Below are positions 25,701 to 38,400 of a stretch of 64,000 nucleotides of DNA, piece by piece. Source of the DNA: Phoronis australis (taxonomy: Eukaryota; Animalia; Phoronida); assembly GCA_002633005.1 (NCBI GenBank), contig NMRA01000065.1, positions 545,985-609,984 of the forward strand, in the 5' to 3' direction. The notes below the pieces were generated by a model. That model worked only from the letters and a program-made list of their open reading frames with translations. It was not told where the DNA came from and made no database searches. How positions within the stretch are numbered: the first letter of the stretch is position 1; each line of letters begins with the position of its first letter. A program made the position numbers and the translations under genes.

Positions 25701-28700
25701 TTCACTTATCTCTGAGATATGATGTTCCCAAGTTGATATTCATTGGATTCTGAATGTGTTCACTTATCTCTGAGATATGATGTTCCCAAGTTGATATTCA
25801 TTGGATTGTGAATGTGTTCACTTATCTCTGAGATATGATGTTCCCAAGTTGATATTCATTGGATTCTGAATGTGTTCACTTATCTCTGAGATATGATGTT
25901 CCCAAGTTGATATTCATTGGATTCTGAATGTGTTCACTTATCTCTGAGATATGATGTTCCCAAGTTGAGTCCTACTTAACCTCAAAAGACATGTGATGTG
26001 AAAGTTTCCTGAACACTGTTCGTAGCAAGATCCTTCGTATCCAGTATAAATAAATACAGTATACAGATTGGAAAGACGTGGATAAAAACTGGCACAATAT
26101 CATCTGACCCAAAATTAAGGTCATTGAAAACTACTGCAACATTGTTCGTTCTTATGTAAAGCAAACGGGTTATGGGTGCTAAAAATCACTGTTCTACTGA
26201 ATCATCTGGTAAATTTGTGGAGCAGGATGAAAATGCGTTGGCTTTCAGTGCCATGGTAAAGAGTGTCACCTATGGGCCAAATTCTTTTTTCGTCAATTCT
26301 GCAATCAACAGTTCTTCTTCCACAAGGTTGCATACTACAACTTTCTATATTCATTTAGGGCTCTAATCTCTCTAATTAGTTTTTGATGTTTTCTGCTCTG
26401 TTCATGTACAAATTCAAGGCTAAGTCCCAATGAATGTATGTCTGATTATATTATAGTTTGCGCACATACTAGTTCGAGGTTGCTCCGATGACCCCTAGAT
26501 ATGAACTATGCATGTACAAATGCGACTACTTCTAGTTTGGATGGGAACTTCTAGCTTTAATGCTGGGGTTCTCAAAATGCAAGCCAGGATTAGTCAGTCA
26601 TCCGCGTAATTCGTAATGCAGGTGTACTCGACTACTGATCAATTGACACGTCATGAGTTCGTACTAAACTAATCGTAGAACTCAAACTCTGAATTATTTT
26701 CAATTCTAGAGTTCTAAGGTTAGTGTCCACATGTACAGAGCCATGTGAAAAACATTAATTTCAAATTGCGGGTATTGATAATTGATGCTTCACGTATGTG
26801 ACATCATGAATAACCGGAGTAACCTCTGTAGCGTTTTTTGTCGTTTTTTCATACAGTTGTACTTAGGTGCCACCATAGTACGTCACTTTACACAATAATT
26901 GTTTTTGCAAACTTCATCAGTCATCTGTTGCTGTCAAAAAAGTGTATAGCAGATACGGACACACAAGAAAGGCATGGGGGAGGGGGGGGGATATCAAGTG
27001 TCATTGCATTCCATGTGCTTTGGAGACATCCTCGCCTCTTTTAATGTATTTTTGTACATTTATACATCTTAACATTTTATTAACTGCTGCTTCTTGTTGA
27101 TTGCGTTTTACAGATTTGAACAAAAACGCATCATTAGAAGATATGAAGAACGATATTCGTATACTTATGTATGTTGGTAAGTAGGTGTCTATGGGCCACA
27201 TTGTGCCATACCTGAATATTTGCTATAAGTGTGGCTGCATTGTCAGAAGGGTCTAAAACGCCAGCTCTATCAACAGCATTATCAGGGTATACCAAAAACT
27301 TACCTGTCGATGTATTATTGAAAGTGAATTTTAACTTTATATGCGAGAATATACCAAACAAGTTTGTTTCATAAACAACCCAATGGTAGATGGATGCGTG
27401 TGAATATGTGTTCAATTTCATGTCTTTGGATGGCTATTATGCAATGCATTCTGGGTTCAATGCAGAATGACCTGAATAGCCTCTTGTCATAGCACACCGT
27501 TGATCAGTTGCTGACGAGGTCGCTTTTTACTACTGATAATTCATTGGGCAGGCAACGTCCATGTGATAGATAAAGATCAGTAGTGATACCTGTGTGTTGT
27601 CGCTTCATGTGTGTTATAAAACATACTCTGAGTACATGTTATTGCAATGGTAAACAGTGCAAAGTCAGAGAAAATTGATAAATGTAACATTTCATTGTAA
27701 TTGGTAATTGTTTTTGATGAGGCTGTACGCAGGAAAAGAAGGGATTGTTTTGTCTATATGCCCTCAACTGGTGGAGGTCACCACAAAATCGTCAGGTGCA
27801 GTAATTGGCAAGGGCGGGGAGGGCATTTTTTCAGTGAAGGGGACAAGCACAAACCTGAAATAAGTGTCCACTGGGGGACTTTTTGCAATGGACAAAGGCG
27901 CCTTTTTATCCCCCCATAGTCACACCAGTGCGCAGATGTAATTATCCTAGACTTCACAATTCTGTGTTATAGCCCGATATCCAACATGTAATGTTCAGGA
28001 TGCCAGTACAATTGGCTTTGTCTTTGTTGCTCGTTTCAGAGGCTGGTTATGCAGCGGTGTTGTTTTTAATCATGTTGATATATTTTCCCGCCAAACCACC
28101 AATGCCCCCTAGTGTATCAGCTCACAAGGAGAGGGTAAATTTCAAAGAAGGATTATTAGGCCTATTTAAGTAAGTCACTACACTTATTTTTTTCCTTCTC
28201 CAGTAGTGTTGACAGTGATTCCTGTGACTTTAATGGTTATTAAGATACGCCTTTGCTTTCTGTCATCAAACTTGACAAATATGGCATGCTCATCCTTTTT
28301 CATAATAGGTGCTATTTGAAACTAGCAGGTCTATTTTAAGTTATTGAAACCAGTGGTTTTAAAGATTTACAATGCATGAACACAGCAGAAAATCCTTATT
28401 TTTACAGGAAGCTGAACTTTTGGATAGTCGCTATTCCGTATGGTATTTCATCAGGGGTGTACGGTGGGTGGGGCAGTGTCCTAGGGGTCAATTTAACCCC
28501 CTTGAAGGAAATTGATCAGGTATTATGTCAATGCAGTTGTATAAAATCTTTGACGAGTTGTTGCCATAGGTGAAAGGAGAGATTTGGCTCAAATCAATTA
28601 TACAGCAATACTTTTTATCATGACTTGTTTTCAATAACAACATCACTTGCTAGGAAAATGCAGCCATCAAGTGAACAAGGCAAGGCTTAAAGTAACTGTG

Positions 28701-31700
28701 AACCTTATTTAACAGGTTGTACTTATGTGCAAATATCATGAACTCTGTTAGCTTTAACCAGTACAAAGTAAATATTTTCTGAAAGGTGAATAAATTTCCA
28801 AACATAATATATTACTCTTTAGTTATTTACTTGTCTTTATTTTTTCACAAGGTATCGAAATGATGGCTTAAGGGTTAAAACATGAACCGAAACTATGCTT
28901 TGTGTGCTGAGTGTAAAATGGCTTGGGTGCAGCTGGTTAAAAAACGTGCAGCTTTGTAGTCGTGTGAAGTGCTTGTCATTGCAGTTTGCAAACACTCTGC
29001 GCACCTGACGTGTATGATGAAACTGATGTGCGTGTACTTCCCTTGTAGACAGAGGCTGGCTGGATAGGGTTCTACTCAACTATTGCTGGATGTGCGGCTG
29101 GCTTCATTGTAGCAAGGTAGCGCAGTTGATTTATTCTTGTGACTTAATGCCCTAGATATTTTAACTGAAACATTATGAAATCTTAATGTGCGTTAAGGTG
29201 AGCATCGGCATTTAATAACGAAATATTTTAAAATTCGGGTTTTTACGGTAGCGACGGATTCCAGTTAAAGTCCACGACACTGCTGTTATGACATTTATTG
29301 CACATACAGAAGGCAGAAGTGACTTAGAATCAGTGAAGCCCAGGTAATACATTTTGTCAGCAAAGAAAATTTTGTTAGCCACAGGTCAGCAAAATGTCAG
29401 CTAGTTGGTGGGCGGTCACAATGGCTAGAGCATTTTCAAGGAAGTTCCAAGTTGTTAGACATGAACTTGAAGTGGAAACAATTCTGTGTTTGTTCCTATA
29501 AATTTCAGCTTCGATCCCCTAAACTTGGAACAGCAGACACCAAACACACAGTACAAATCCCGTGATCGCGCCCCTAATCTCCACACATTCATGGAGATAC
29601 CTGGAGACCAAGCTTCACACTCACGCAGGGACCAAGTTCTTGTTCCAGATCATGTGGCGAAACTGGAATGTAGAGGCGCGGTCATGAAATAGTTTTCACA
29701 TTGAAAGTTTTTAGAAATTTCGGAGTCGGGTGTTTTTCAAAACGTTATCTGGGCCAAAAACGGAACATGATAATAACAACTAGTGTATAAGGAACCGTTG
29801 ACAACTTCACCAGGCCTCTAGATGAGCTTGCTGTTGGTTATTGACCAATAGCATCACAAGCAGTAATGACACTTATATATGACTATTGCTAGTCTAGGAA
29901 CTGTGATACATGTAAGCTATGTGAAGACTTCACATTCACAAGCAATCATGTGACTTCCTTTTAACCAAATGCACACGTGCCTCTTCAGACATGCTTGGAT
30001 TATGCTTAAAGTGCTCAAAACCACCATTTATCTTGTTTAAGCAATCCAGTACATTGTCAGCATCATTAAACCTTCCTTTATAGCATTGCATGTCACAATC
30101 ATGAATTCAATATCCAAAAACTGAGAAAATAGATGAAAAGCGACTTCAATGTGCCCAGCGCCGCTGTGTCGTGTCCACCAACACACGAGTTTCTTGTACA
30201 AACCTACCATATCTGCAATTCGCCGATGCCCACGGGGAAAGTGAAAAGAGCCACAGCATGGTCAAGTACTAAGTTGTTATAACCTCCTCAAACACAACGC
30301 TTTGCCATTCCTTATATCATAAACCACATGAAAACGAGCAGCAATATTTGACGACTTTTCACACTAAACACAGTGGAGGATGACTAGGGCTGTGATTGGT
30401 AGTCCCCATTTTAGGTATCACAGTATTAATCAACCAGTAAATGCTCGTAACTTGACATCAGCTAATTGTCAGGTGGTGTTTTGGGTGTTCCAATTTGACA
30501 GTTAGTCAACTGGTGGGGTTGTTTTTGTGTTTTGATTATGGAATTGGTGATTTTAAACACTTTATTCGATAGACATTGGATTGAGATTTTTGCTTTTAAG
30601 GATGGCCCGGTAAACTGTATTTCAGTACTCTGCCATCGGCACATTTGAAAAAGTTCAGTTGCCTTTTGCAGTCATTATGAGGTCCTCGCCTTTTGGTTAA
30701 TACATACATTTTTTATATTTATCTCTGTGGAGGTTGTCTCGTCTGTTTGGCTATAATGCTTATGCAACTATCATTGGTTAATAGGTCATGATACATTTGT
30801 CCGAAATCTCTATGTCCAGGTTAAGTCAGATTTTTTTCATTTTGTTCTGGTTTTTGTTCTTAATAGTCTAACTTACAGCATAAATGCAGAAAATAGTCAA
30901 TGATTCCGTAGCCAATTTTATTAACATAGAGATAATAATCGAGTGAACTTGATACATGCATGTTATTGTATTGAACTATGCCAGCTCCAAATTACATCAA
31001 TACTTGGTGTTATCCAAATAAAACCAGATGTCTGCAACAATGTTGTCATTTGTGCCTTTAAATTGCATCATAACGACAAGCCGTGGTCGTCAGTTTATCA
31101 GGATTTGAGTTTTTAAGAATACTCTGTACTTGTCTACTTTCTTTCCAGGATTGCTGACTGTTTTGCTGGGCACATTAAGTTATTTCTCCTTGGTTTGACC
31201 TTGATGGGCATTGGATCCACAGTCTGGCTGACAATTGTGATAGGGTCGTACATACCATTTTCTACTGGTATGTTTGCCAATGAATGACAAGACAATGTAA
31301 GGGCAGTGTTGGATCTGTGGGGTCCACAGAATTCCCCCTCTCCGTAAATGACCACTGTGGCATATTTTTTCTGTGCAATAAAGAACACTGAAAGATTTAT
31401 ATCTTTTTGCTTGATTGGTCTCGACTGCAAACTGTGAATTATTGAAAGAGGTCGAAAAGGGCTTATGTCATCAGTGTTATTTGCTCTACTATTGCTCGCA
31501 GGGGAGATTATGAGGAATTAAAAAGTGTGGATGAAATCGTGGACGCGCCTCTGAAGTATTTTTAAAAGACATAAGTTATGGAATCGTTGATCATGGTTGT
31601 TTTTGTCCGTTATCGCTATGAGTTTTCAAAGTCACGTGATTGCTCAAGCAACAAATGAGCATCCCTTTTAAGAATATCTGACATCACACTAAGGTGCATT

Positions 31701-33474
31701 AGTGGAGCTAATTACAGAACGATAGCACAGTTTTAAATAGTTTAACAATTTGTCAATGTTTATGATATTGTTTTAATTTTCATTTTTCAGCTCAACTATA
31801 TGCCTCGTGCATAATAACGGGTTTTGTCCTGAACGCTACAATTCCATTGTTTTACGAGATGAGCTGCGAGACCAGTTTCCCCATTGCCGAAGGTGTCACT
31901 AGTGGTCTACTCACTTTCCTCAACAACGTGGTTGCTCTGATTTTCTTGTTAATCTTCATGATTCCATCACTACGTAAGGGTAAAATAGGATACCTTTTAA
32001 AGTGGCACTCGCTGAAACTTGGACTGTTTAACTGAAATTTATTCTACAAAAAGTTACTTGCATTGTCCAAAATGCAAAAAACATTATCAGGAAATTTGAA
32101 ATAGATGCAGTCGTACAACTTCATTAAACACATCGCCATTTGGTGGTGTGACATCACAAAAGGTAAATAAATGCATCGCAAGAGGGCGTGATTGTCAGGT
32201 AGTGTCTCTGTGCCTGAGATAATATATTTGAGACATGACAATGATTTATCACGAAAAACTAAGTGAGTAAGGATTGTGAAGATAAACGCTGCACTCGACT
32301 TTTTTCTACTTGAATCTTACAGCTTTCATCCAACATGACATTATACTATATGTTTATTTTGACAATATGAGAATTCAGTGTATTGAGAATAACACCCAAA
32401 CCACACAAAAAGATCTGAGTTTATTTTTAAACAAAGAGTAAAATAGCTGCAAATAATGATATTTTAGAATGTAATTCAACATATGAGCAAATCTCACGCT
32501 AGAAAATTGACTTTCTTGACACGACATTTCCTCATTTTGCGTGAAATTGTCGGACAAGTTTACTTTTAAAGCTGCACTAAGCACGTTTTCTGTAAACAGG
32601 TAAATTTTGATCTAGGTTGGTCACCATTATAAAACTGGGATCTGTAAGACTTAACTTGAAGAAAGAAATATGTTTTACGCTTCCACTTCAGGATTGTTGA
32701 AGAAAGTTTAGCCAAATAATTGTGAGCAGATCACATTCTAGAAATAATTCGTAGAAATCATATCAGCTTTGAACTAGAAGTTAGTGTACATTCTCACAAA
32801 CTTTGCGCCTTTGCTCTTTGTGAGATTTAATTATTTTTCAGAAATAGTTGTGCGGAGCATAAGACTAACTTTCTGTGTTAATTCTTACGTCACTTTTCAC
32901 GAAACAGACCCTGTACTTTGTTTTTTGAATTGATTTGGTGGTACAACATATTTAATTGCCCACATTTTCAAAAGAATGTACCCTAGATGAGCAAAAGGTA
33001 ACAAGTGACTGGTTGCACTCGTGGCTATCATTGTTCCTGCATGTGATTCGGTGCTGGTGTGTATGATTTTATGTTCGTATGTATGGTTTTTGTGGCTCCT
33101 GTGCATAATTTTTGTTCACATGCGTGACTTTTGGGTTCGTATGCAGGATTCATAAGTTCAGGTGGTTCGTGCGTAAGATGTGATGCTCGTGCGTATGATT
33201 CTATGGTACCTGTATACTGAAACTTTCACATGAATCCGATGGGCCATTTCTGAGAAATGATGTTCTGAAGTTAGTCTATTTGTTTTTTTTTCTAGGAAAC
33301 TACGTAAATTTTTAAACGGAATTCACTCTTCTTCTTTCAGCCACTATGTGGATGAACTGGTTCCTGGTGGGCTGTGTTATATTCTGTTTCATGGTGCTAC
33401 TTTTCCTCAAAGAAAACTATGGTAGACTACAAATTGACGTGGAAAAATTCACAGTCATGGTTCATGATCATTGA
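16572..33474 (+). CDS. SLC49A4: SLC49A4/DIRC2-like lysosomal MFS transporter (FLVCR/SLC49 family); 12 exons per transcript with alternative exon 4a/4b; 1476-nt CDS, 491 aa
   Basis: Manual splicing gives one open frame with consistent phases and family motifs: 'VYTRRWYILLVFS', 'WNTWGP', 'GW..SDIALL.NWGPI', 'GLR', 'WFP..QRTTAT', 'YFPAKPPMPPS.SA', 'AGWIGF', 'IPLFYE..CE..FPIAEG', 'WMNW...E.Y.RL.ID'. Confidence 0.93.
17436..17582 (+). CDS. SLC49A4: SLC49A4 exon 2 (AIWNTWGPL...SWLMDVKG), followed by a GC donor
   Basis: Acceptor TTACAG|; donor AAAG|GCAAGG; 147 nt, phase 1-1. Confidence 0.88.
17810..18025. repeat. 24-bp minisatellite, about 9 copies, in intron 2
   Basis: Unit CACAACA(A/G)CCTGCACACA(T/C)CCAAT with variants changing progressively along the array. 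Confidence 0.95.
18776..18866 (+). CDS. SLC49A4: SLC49A4 exon 3 (GLRISSIICCGLVFVGAGLRCITFEQPAASW)
   Basis: TTTCCAG| acceptor; TG|GTAAAA donor; 91 nt, phase 1-2. Confidence 0.9.
19775..19938 (+). CDS. SLC49A4: SLC49A4 alternative exon 4a (LIHSGQMLNGFAGPVVMAAVPLLSSSWFPSSQRTTATALSAMASNAGVAASFVI)
   Basis: TTGTATAG| acceptor; G|GTACTT donor; 164 nt, phase 2-1; open frame. Confidence 0.9.
21210..21372 (+). pseudogene. Decayed third copy of SLC49A4 exon 4 (pseudo-exon)
   Basis: LIHTGHILNCFGGPLWFAVLTILSS(W, 1-nt deletion)FSSSECMATRALITIANDLGQLSSSAI; 163 nt versus 164; colinear over all 54 codons; in-phase acceptor and GT donor lost. Confidence 0.8.
22497..22668 (+). pseudogene. Probable heavily decayed exon-4 copy
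   Basis: Polypyrimidine tract then G CTT ATA CAT GTA (LIHV---LKGIS); downstream TAC GTT GGC ATG (YVGM), as in exon 4b. Confidence 0.5.
22841..22948 (+). pseudogene. Probable internally deleted exon-4 copy
   Basis: In one frame LIDSEQFSNG..TWFPPN (cf. LIHSGQMLNG and LWFPPN); ends AGC TTA GTG CTA G (cf. SFIL-G). Confidence 0.5.
23318..23790 (-). mobile_element. Probable 5'-truncated LINE 3' end
   Basis: On the minus strand it ends GAGGGCCCTCTTGGAAAGCAG...CAATAAATAAATAAA, resembling a CR1/L2-type tail with (TAAA)n. Confidence 0.4.
24078..24241 (+). CDS. SLC49A4: SLC49A4 alternative exon 4b (LIHVGHILNGLAGPVSMAGCPLLSTLWFPPNQRTTATSVSAVFNYVGMALSFIL)
   Basis: CCTTTCCAG| acceptor; G|GTAACT donor; 164 nt, phase 2-1; 32/54 aa identical to 4a. 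Not present in the ORF track. Confidence 0.92.
24857..24922 (+). CDS. SLC49A4: SLC49A4 exon 5 (GPLMVREPPDSSNSTNASIVLV), loop with N-glycosylation sequons
   Basis: TTTTAG| acceptor; G|GTAAGT donor; 66 nt. Confidence 0.88.
25619..25968. repeat. 58-bp tandem repeat, 6 near-identical copies, in intron 5
   Basis: Unit GATATTCATTGGATTCTGAATGTGTTCACTTATCTCTGAGATATGATGTTCCCAAGTT at 25619, 25677, 25735, 25793, 25851 and 25909. Confidence 0.95.
27114..27176 (+). CDS. SLC49A4: SLC49A4 exon 6 (DLNKNASLEDMKNDIRILMYV)
   Basis: TTTTACAG| acceptor; G|GTAAGT donor; 63 nt; 'I..LMY.E' motif completed by exon 7. Confidence 0.85.
28040..28169 (+). CDS. SLC49A4: SLC49A4 exon 7 (EAGYAAVLFLIMLIYFPAKPPMPPSVSA...GLFK)
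   Basis: TTTCAG| acceptor; AA|GTAAGT donor; 130 nt. Confidence 0.92.
28408..28519 (+). CDS. SLC49A4: SLC49A4 exon 8 (KLNFWIVAIPYGISSGVYGGWGSVL...EIDQ)
   Basis: TTTTACAG| acceptor; CAG|GTATTA donor; 112 nt. Confidence 0.9.
29049..29116 (+). CDS. SLC49A4: SLC49A4 exon 9 (TEAGWIGFYSTIAGCAAGFIVAR)
   Basis: CCTTGTAG| acceptor; AG|GTAGCG donor; 68 nt. Confidence 0.9.
31149..31267 (+). CDS. SLC49A4: SLC49A4 exon 10 (IADCFAGHIKLFLL...YIPFST)
   Basis: CTTTCCAG| acceptor; G|GTATGT donor; 119 nt. Confidence 0.9.
31791..31973 (+). CDS. SLC49A4: SLC49A4 exon 11 (QLYASCII...IPLFYEMSCETSFPIAEGVTSG...IPSL)
   Basis: TTTTTCAG| acceptor; C|GTAAGG donor; 183 nt. Confidence 0.92.
33341..33474 (+). CDS. SLC49A4: SLC49A4 exon 12, coding part (TMWMNWFLVG...ENYGRLQIDVEKFTVMVHDH*)
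   Basis: CTTTCAG| acceptor; TGA at 33472-33474. Confidence 0.92.
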
Positions 33475-35026
33475 GCACCTGAACTTCTATTGACCTTTTT
33501 ATGGATGAGCGCGACACCTCGTAATTATACACAAAGGATTGTGGGATAGCGATCATCCAAACTAGCACTTCTACTAGCAAATCAAGGACGTTAGGGTCTC
33601 GGAGTACACATTGATAAAGGATGTGTAGTAATCACATGATTTTATTGCTACTGGTGATATCGTTTACATGAAGTCACTGGTATCAATATTGAACTTCTGT
33701 TGATGAAGTTTTAAAGAGCCACCCTTTCACCTATTTAATAACACAGAATGAACTTTGCCAATTGCAGTGAGACTATAGGCCTACTTGGAACATTTCATAG
33801 ATTGTGCAGTTGCATTTTATTATCAATTTTGTTAATTTATTGTGCTCCATGTCAATCAGTTTTGGTGATTTCTTGCTGGTGCACCACCAGAAATTCTAAT
33901 GCAGAACTTAAGGCTTTGTTAACAAGTTTAGTGTTTTTTTCTGATAAATTTCCATGCCATGTTTACAAAGCATTATCTGTGATTTACTACTAGTTGGCCT
34001 TCATCCTCATTGCTCATTTCCGTCAGTAAGATGAAACAGAAACTCTGTCTTTAAATACAAATTGAAATGCTGACACTGTACCAGGAACCTGTTGTTTTTT
34101 AGTTGGACTTTTTAACTGAGATGATTTTTGATTACGGCCTTCTCCTGTTCAATGACTTTACCAGACGGAGAGGGTTGTTAGCGTGTGATGACATCTAGCT
34201 CCTTTGTTAACTGCCAAGCACAATTTTTTGTCTGAAATGACAACAGACTGGCCAATTATCTACCTGTCTTATTACAGACCACGTGTGAACACCGTCAAAC
34301 CCAGAGCGATCGGTACATTCGGAAAGAATAGATCGTCTAACTGATTGTAGTTGGGCGATTTTGGCTGTTCGAAAACTAGTAAGACATGATCAGAATTTGA
34401 TGAGGAATTCAGAAATGCTATTGGCTTATGTTCAAATATGTGATAACTTAACTTTTATTTTTAACAGCACAGCCCAGTCAGGCTAGATACAATCTTATTG
34501 GAGATTAAAGCAATTATCGAATAAAGAGAGCTGGCCCTCCAACCATAAATGCCAGAATGGAGTTAATCACTCATGTACATGTAGATATTGGCTACAGGGG
34601 TCATCTTCCCAACTTGTTGTTGGGCGATAGAATCGAACAAGTTGGGATCAACGGAAGGGTCATGAGTAGTTCTGAGGCCCTTTTAAATGTGACTGTCCAT
34701 GTCTAAAATAAAAGAACTTCATTAAAATGTAAATTCTCCCTGGCTGTATACTAACTATATGTACACACACAAACACGCACGCACACGCACGAATGCATGC
34801 ATACGTACAAACATACATAGGTGGTAGTGTTGCACTTTAGTGTATCTGACGACCTGGTTTGTTGTCTACCCAGTTTGGTTCAGTTGATTAGATGCGGGCA
34901 TTTATTCAGTTTGCTTTAGTTCTGACTATATCCGATAGATGTCTGAATAACTGTAGTTCCTGTCATAGTATTATATCCTGCCATTTGATCATTATCGAGG
35001 CAGTTAATGTCATTCTATGTGCGAAA

Positions 35027-35157
35027 AGGTAATGGTCTGATATAACGTGCCCGAATTTCTAGAACCAGATTTCCCCACTAAATAACGGGCATCAAACTGG
35101 TTCTCAAAATGCGGGCACGTTATATTATAGACTATTGCCTGCGAAGGTAATGGTCTG
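35027..35157. repeat. Imperfect inverted repeat with terminal GCGA-loop hairpin (MITE or Helitron-like end)
   Basis: 35027-35072 pairs imperfectly with 35095-35140; AGACTATTGCCT-GCGA-AGGTAATGGTCT forms a second small stem-loop. Confidence 0.55.
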
Positions 35158-35410
35158 CGCGTACAACTGTACGTTAATTATGACCTGACCCATGTCTCGC
35201 GTAAAGAATACTTAAATGACACTAAAAACGTGATCCTTAGTAACCAAGGTTATCCGTTACTTTTTTCAAAGATCTCACCATTGCATTTTTTACATTGTAA
35301 AAAGTAATTTTATAATTTTTCGTGAAACTTTTATCTTTAAACGATATTGCTAATATTAACAAAGCACATATGACTGAGGTTCATTGTCGCCAAGGAACCC
35401 GGCCTATTAA

Positions 35411-38400
35411 GAGTGACTCCATATAAAAACCAACAGGTAGAGTCTATACCCAAAATCACCGATTTTTTTGAAACTTAGCACATGAGTTTGGTTTGTTGAG
35501 ATGTAGAAAAACCTCACTTTTTAAGAATTTTCATTCATTATTTTTCTTTTTATGACCTGTACCTCCATTTTGCAACAAAATTGGGCGTCGAAGTAGGCAT
35601 GTTTGAATGCATTTTACTAGCATGTGGTAAGGACAAAACAAATGAATAATACGAATTGAAAGAGCAATGGCTGAATAATTTAATGGCATAACTTTCAAAA
35701 CCCATTTTTGAATTTGTACGTTTTGAATTTGTGAGGCAAAAACGGCTATTTTTTAGGTTTTCACTGAAGCCATCATTTTCGGCCAAATTTGGCACTCTGT
35801 AGCAGCCATAACGCACCTTTCCTGAAATTGACTTTATAATAATTTGTTTAGTCATTCCTAACCTGTTCATAATCTAAAATAAAAAATCTTGCCTCTAATG
35901 CAGTTTTTGCGTACGAAGCATTACACGAACTGCTCTTCGTCCTTTTGCATGTTCTCAGTTGCCTCTGCTGCCAACAGGGGGCTCTTGGAACATATAATTA
36001 GCTTGCGAAACACGACATAAAAACCTTGTATTTTGGAGAAAAGTCAGACAGCATTATTAATTACCATTCTCAATGAAAACGGCATTGACGATTATTGCTT
36101 ATTACATAAAATATGTAACGTAAATCAACTGGCATGCGTGGTTCTAAATGATAGATGGCGCTGTTTTTGTTTACGTAGAGACTGAAGACGCATCCAGAAT
36201 AAGAGCATGCAGTAACACGAGGACCTTGCTATAATTCAAGACTTCGCGAGATATTGCCCTGTATTTTAAATGAGAACACGTGGTTTTGGATAAATTTTAG
36301 AGAGGTTCTAGTGTTACTGAACTCACCCCTGCCTTGTTTTCTATCTGCCTTGTTCGTGCCACAGGCAAAGGAAGGCACCCAAGGTGGATATGGCCCCCTA
36401 GTGTTCAGTGCAAAAATCCTTCAACTTGTCAATAGTCATTGTAACTTTGGGTTCATATTGTAATGTCCCTGCTGGTTGCTACAAATTTTAGTCGCCACCA
36501 GTCGCCAGAAATCTGGTGTTCCCTCCACACACCGGGCACCCTAACGCTGAATATTTCTGTCAGTGTGATCATCAGTGGTATAAAAAGGTACACATTCACA
36601 GTCAATAGAAAATAATTCACGAGAGACAATTTTATTAATGACTCATTCATGACAGACATGAAGTAAACAGAAGTAACGGTCTCGACTTCATATATCACAC
36701 ATCTTTGACTGGTATGCTACAAGTGACAAGGCTAAACGTTGAGCTCATTTACCACTTCATTCAGTAAATCTGACGATATAACAGCATCTTCAGCAGAAAT
36801 TGCATCGTCATAAACATTGCTGAAAAAATCCACCAATCTGCGATTCACTTAATATAACAGGTAAACACTTTACCAGTGGGTTCTCGTAATGTTTTCTCCA
36901 TTTTGGCACTTCCGAGGGTGAACGTTTTTACCTGACTTCAGTATCGCCTTCATCGAATATGTTCGTCAGAAAGTTCTTAACCTTTGCTGAAAATCTTGTT
37001 GACCTTTTACCTTTTTTCAATGCCTAACCTATTGCTTCAGCATTCGTGTCATCCAAATAGTACTCTGAGGCTGCCTCAAATGACGCTCCGGTTCTTGCAT
37101 CTGAAAGCATTTCTGACCGACCACTGTCGTGCGATGTGGTCATACGTGGTTTCCCTCTGTAAATGTTCAGTGTGGTTACCCACATCCAAATGCTGACCTA
37201 GTTCTGCGTCTGTAGAGAAAAATTTCGAGTAACCTTGCTGGGTACAAGGGAACTTTTGTTGAGGCTCTTCACTAGATACAATGCCAACCTTAACTCTTGG
37301 TGTTGAAAATCCGCCATGTCTAGAGATGTTAGAGTATTTTAGAGAAATAGGTTTCCCATTTTCTCAGTATTTGTAAGAACTTATCGTCACCTACATGGAA
37401 TGATTTCCACACGCGAATTCCTTGGGTGGAATAGTGGGAATTTGGGAATGTGCTTATACCATGAACTGAGTATTTTGGAAAAGTCTTTGTAGCATTGACT
37501 GAACATGCATACACATAACATCCCTTCACACGGCCACTGGAAAGTAATGCTTCTTTCAAATCCAGAAAGTTTATGTAATTGTTACCTTCGGCTACAAAAT
37601 ACTTTGCGTGTTGTTTGAGTGGAGCAATCTTGCGATCACAGAGATCCTTTCCATTCTGACTTTCACTAAAGTCATATCTCGAAACAGAAATGCCGGTAGA
37701 ATTTGACAAGGTTGCTACGTTCAGGAGCGAGGAGCAGAGTGGTAACATCCAGCATTACCTGACTCTTGCATGACTGGTCATTCACCGACTCTGGGTAGTA
37801 CGAGTGCGTACTCTGGCACAGGCCTTGCTTTGTGAGGTAGTTTCCTGTATCTCAAATGTTCAGTGGTGTCTTTGACATAACTCACTAAAGCACAAAGCTT
37901 TTGTGATCGGATTTTTTTGCAAAATAAACTCTAAAGGAACATGAAGGCCCATCGACATCGTCCGCCATTTTGTCTTTTCAAAATGCACTTGCTTCTTTCA
38001 AAACCAGTCATTACAAATATCAATCCTCACTCATTTAATCTTAAAGGCATTTATTTCCATTTAAAATTTCTACATAGTGTTTAAATTAACCTGATAATGT
38101 AAAAGAAATGAAAGACTACAAGAAGGTTACACGTACATTTTTTTATATATCCTCAAGCTTAACCTCAACTGACTCCCTCAGTGGGCAAAGGTCAACGGGT
38201 TCAGGTTTGATACTAACCGCGTAAACAAACCCGGAAAACATCTTGTTTTCATTTGAAAGAGTTTAGAGTTGGTTTCTATAACTATTTAAAGCATACTTCT
38301 TGCCTAAAGCTTTATTCAAATGGTCTGTAAACTCTGCTCGTCATTTCCAAACTATGAAAATAGACAGTTTTGCAAGACAATTTTCACTAAGGTGCAAAGT

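Noticed and set aside
25619-25968. CRISPR-like regular repeats (also 62810-62992)
   Set aside because: Head-to-tail units with no unique spacers, eukaryotic context and no cas genes.
30735-30790. Possible duplicate of exon 9 ('YATIIG')
   Set aside because: Match too short, contains a stop and has no proper splice sites.
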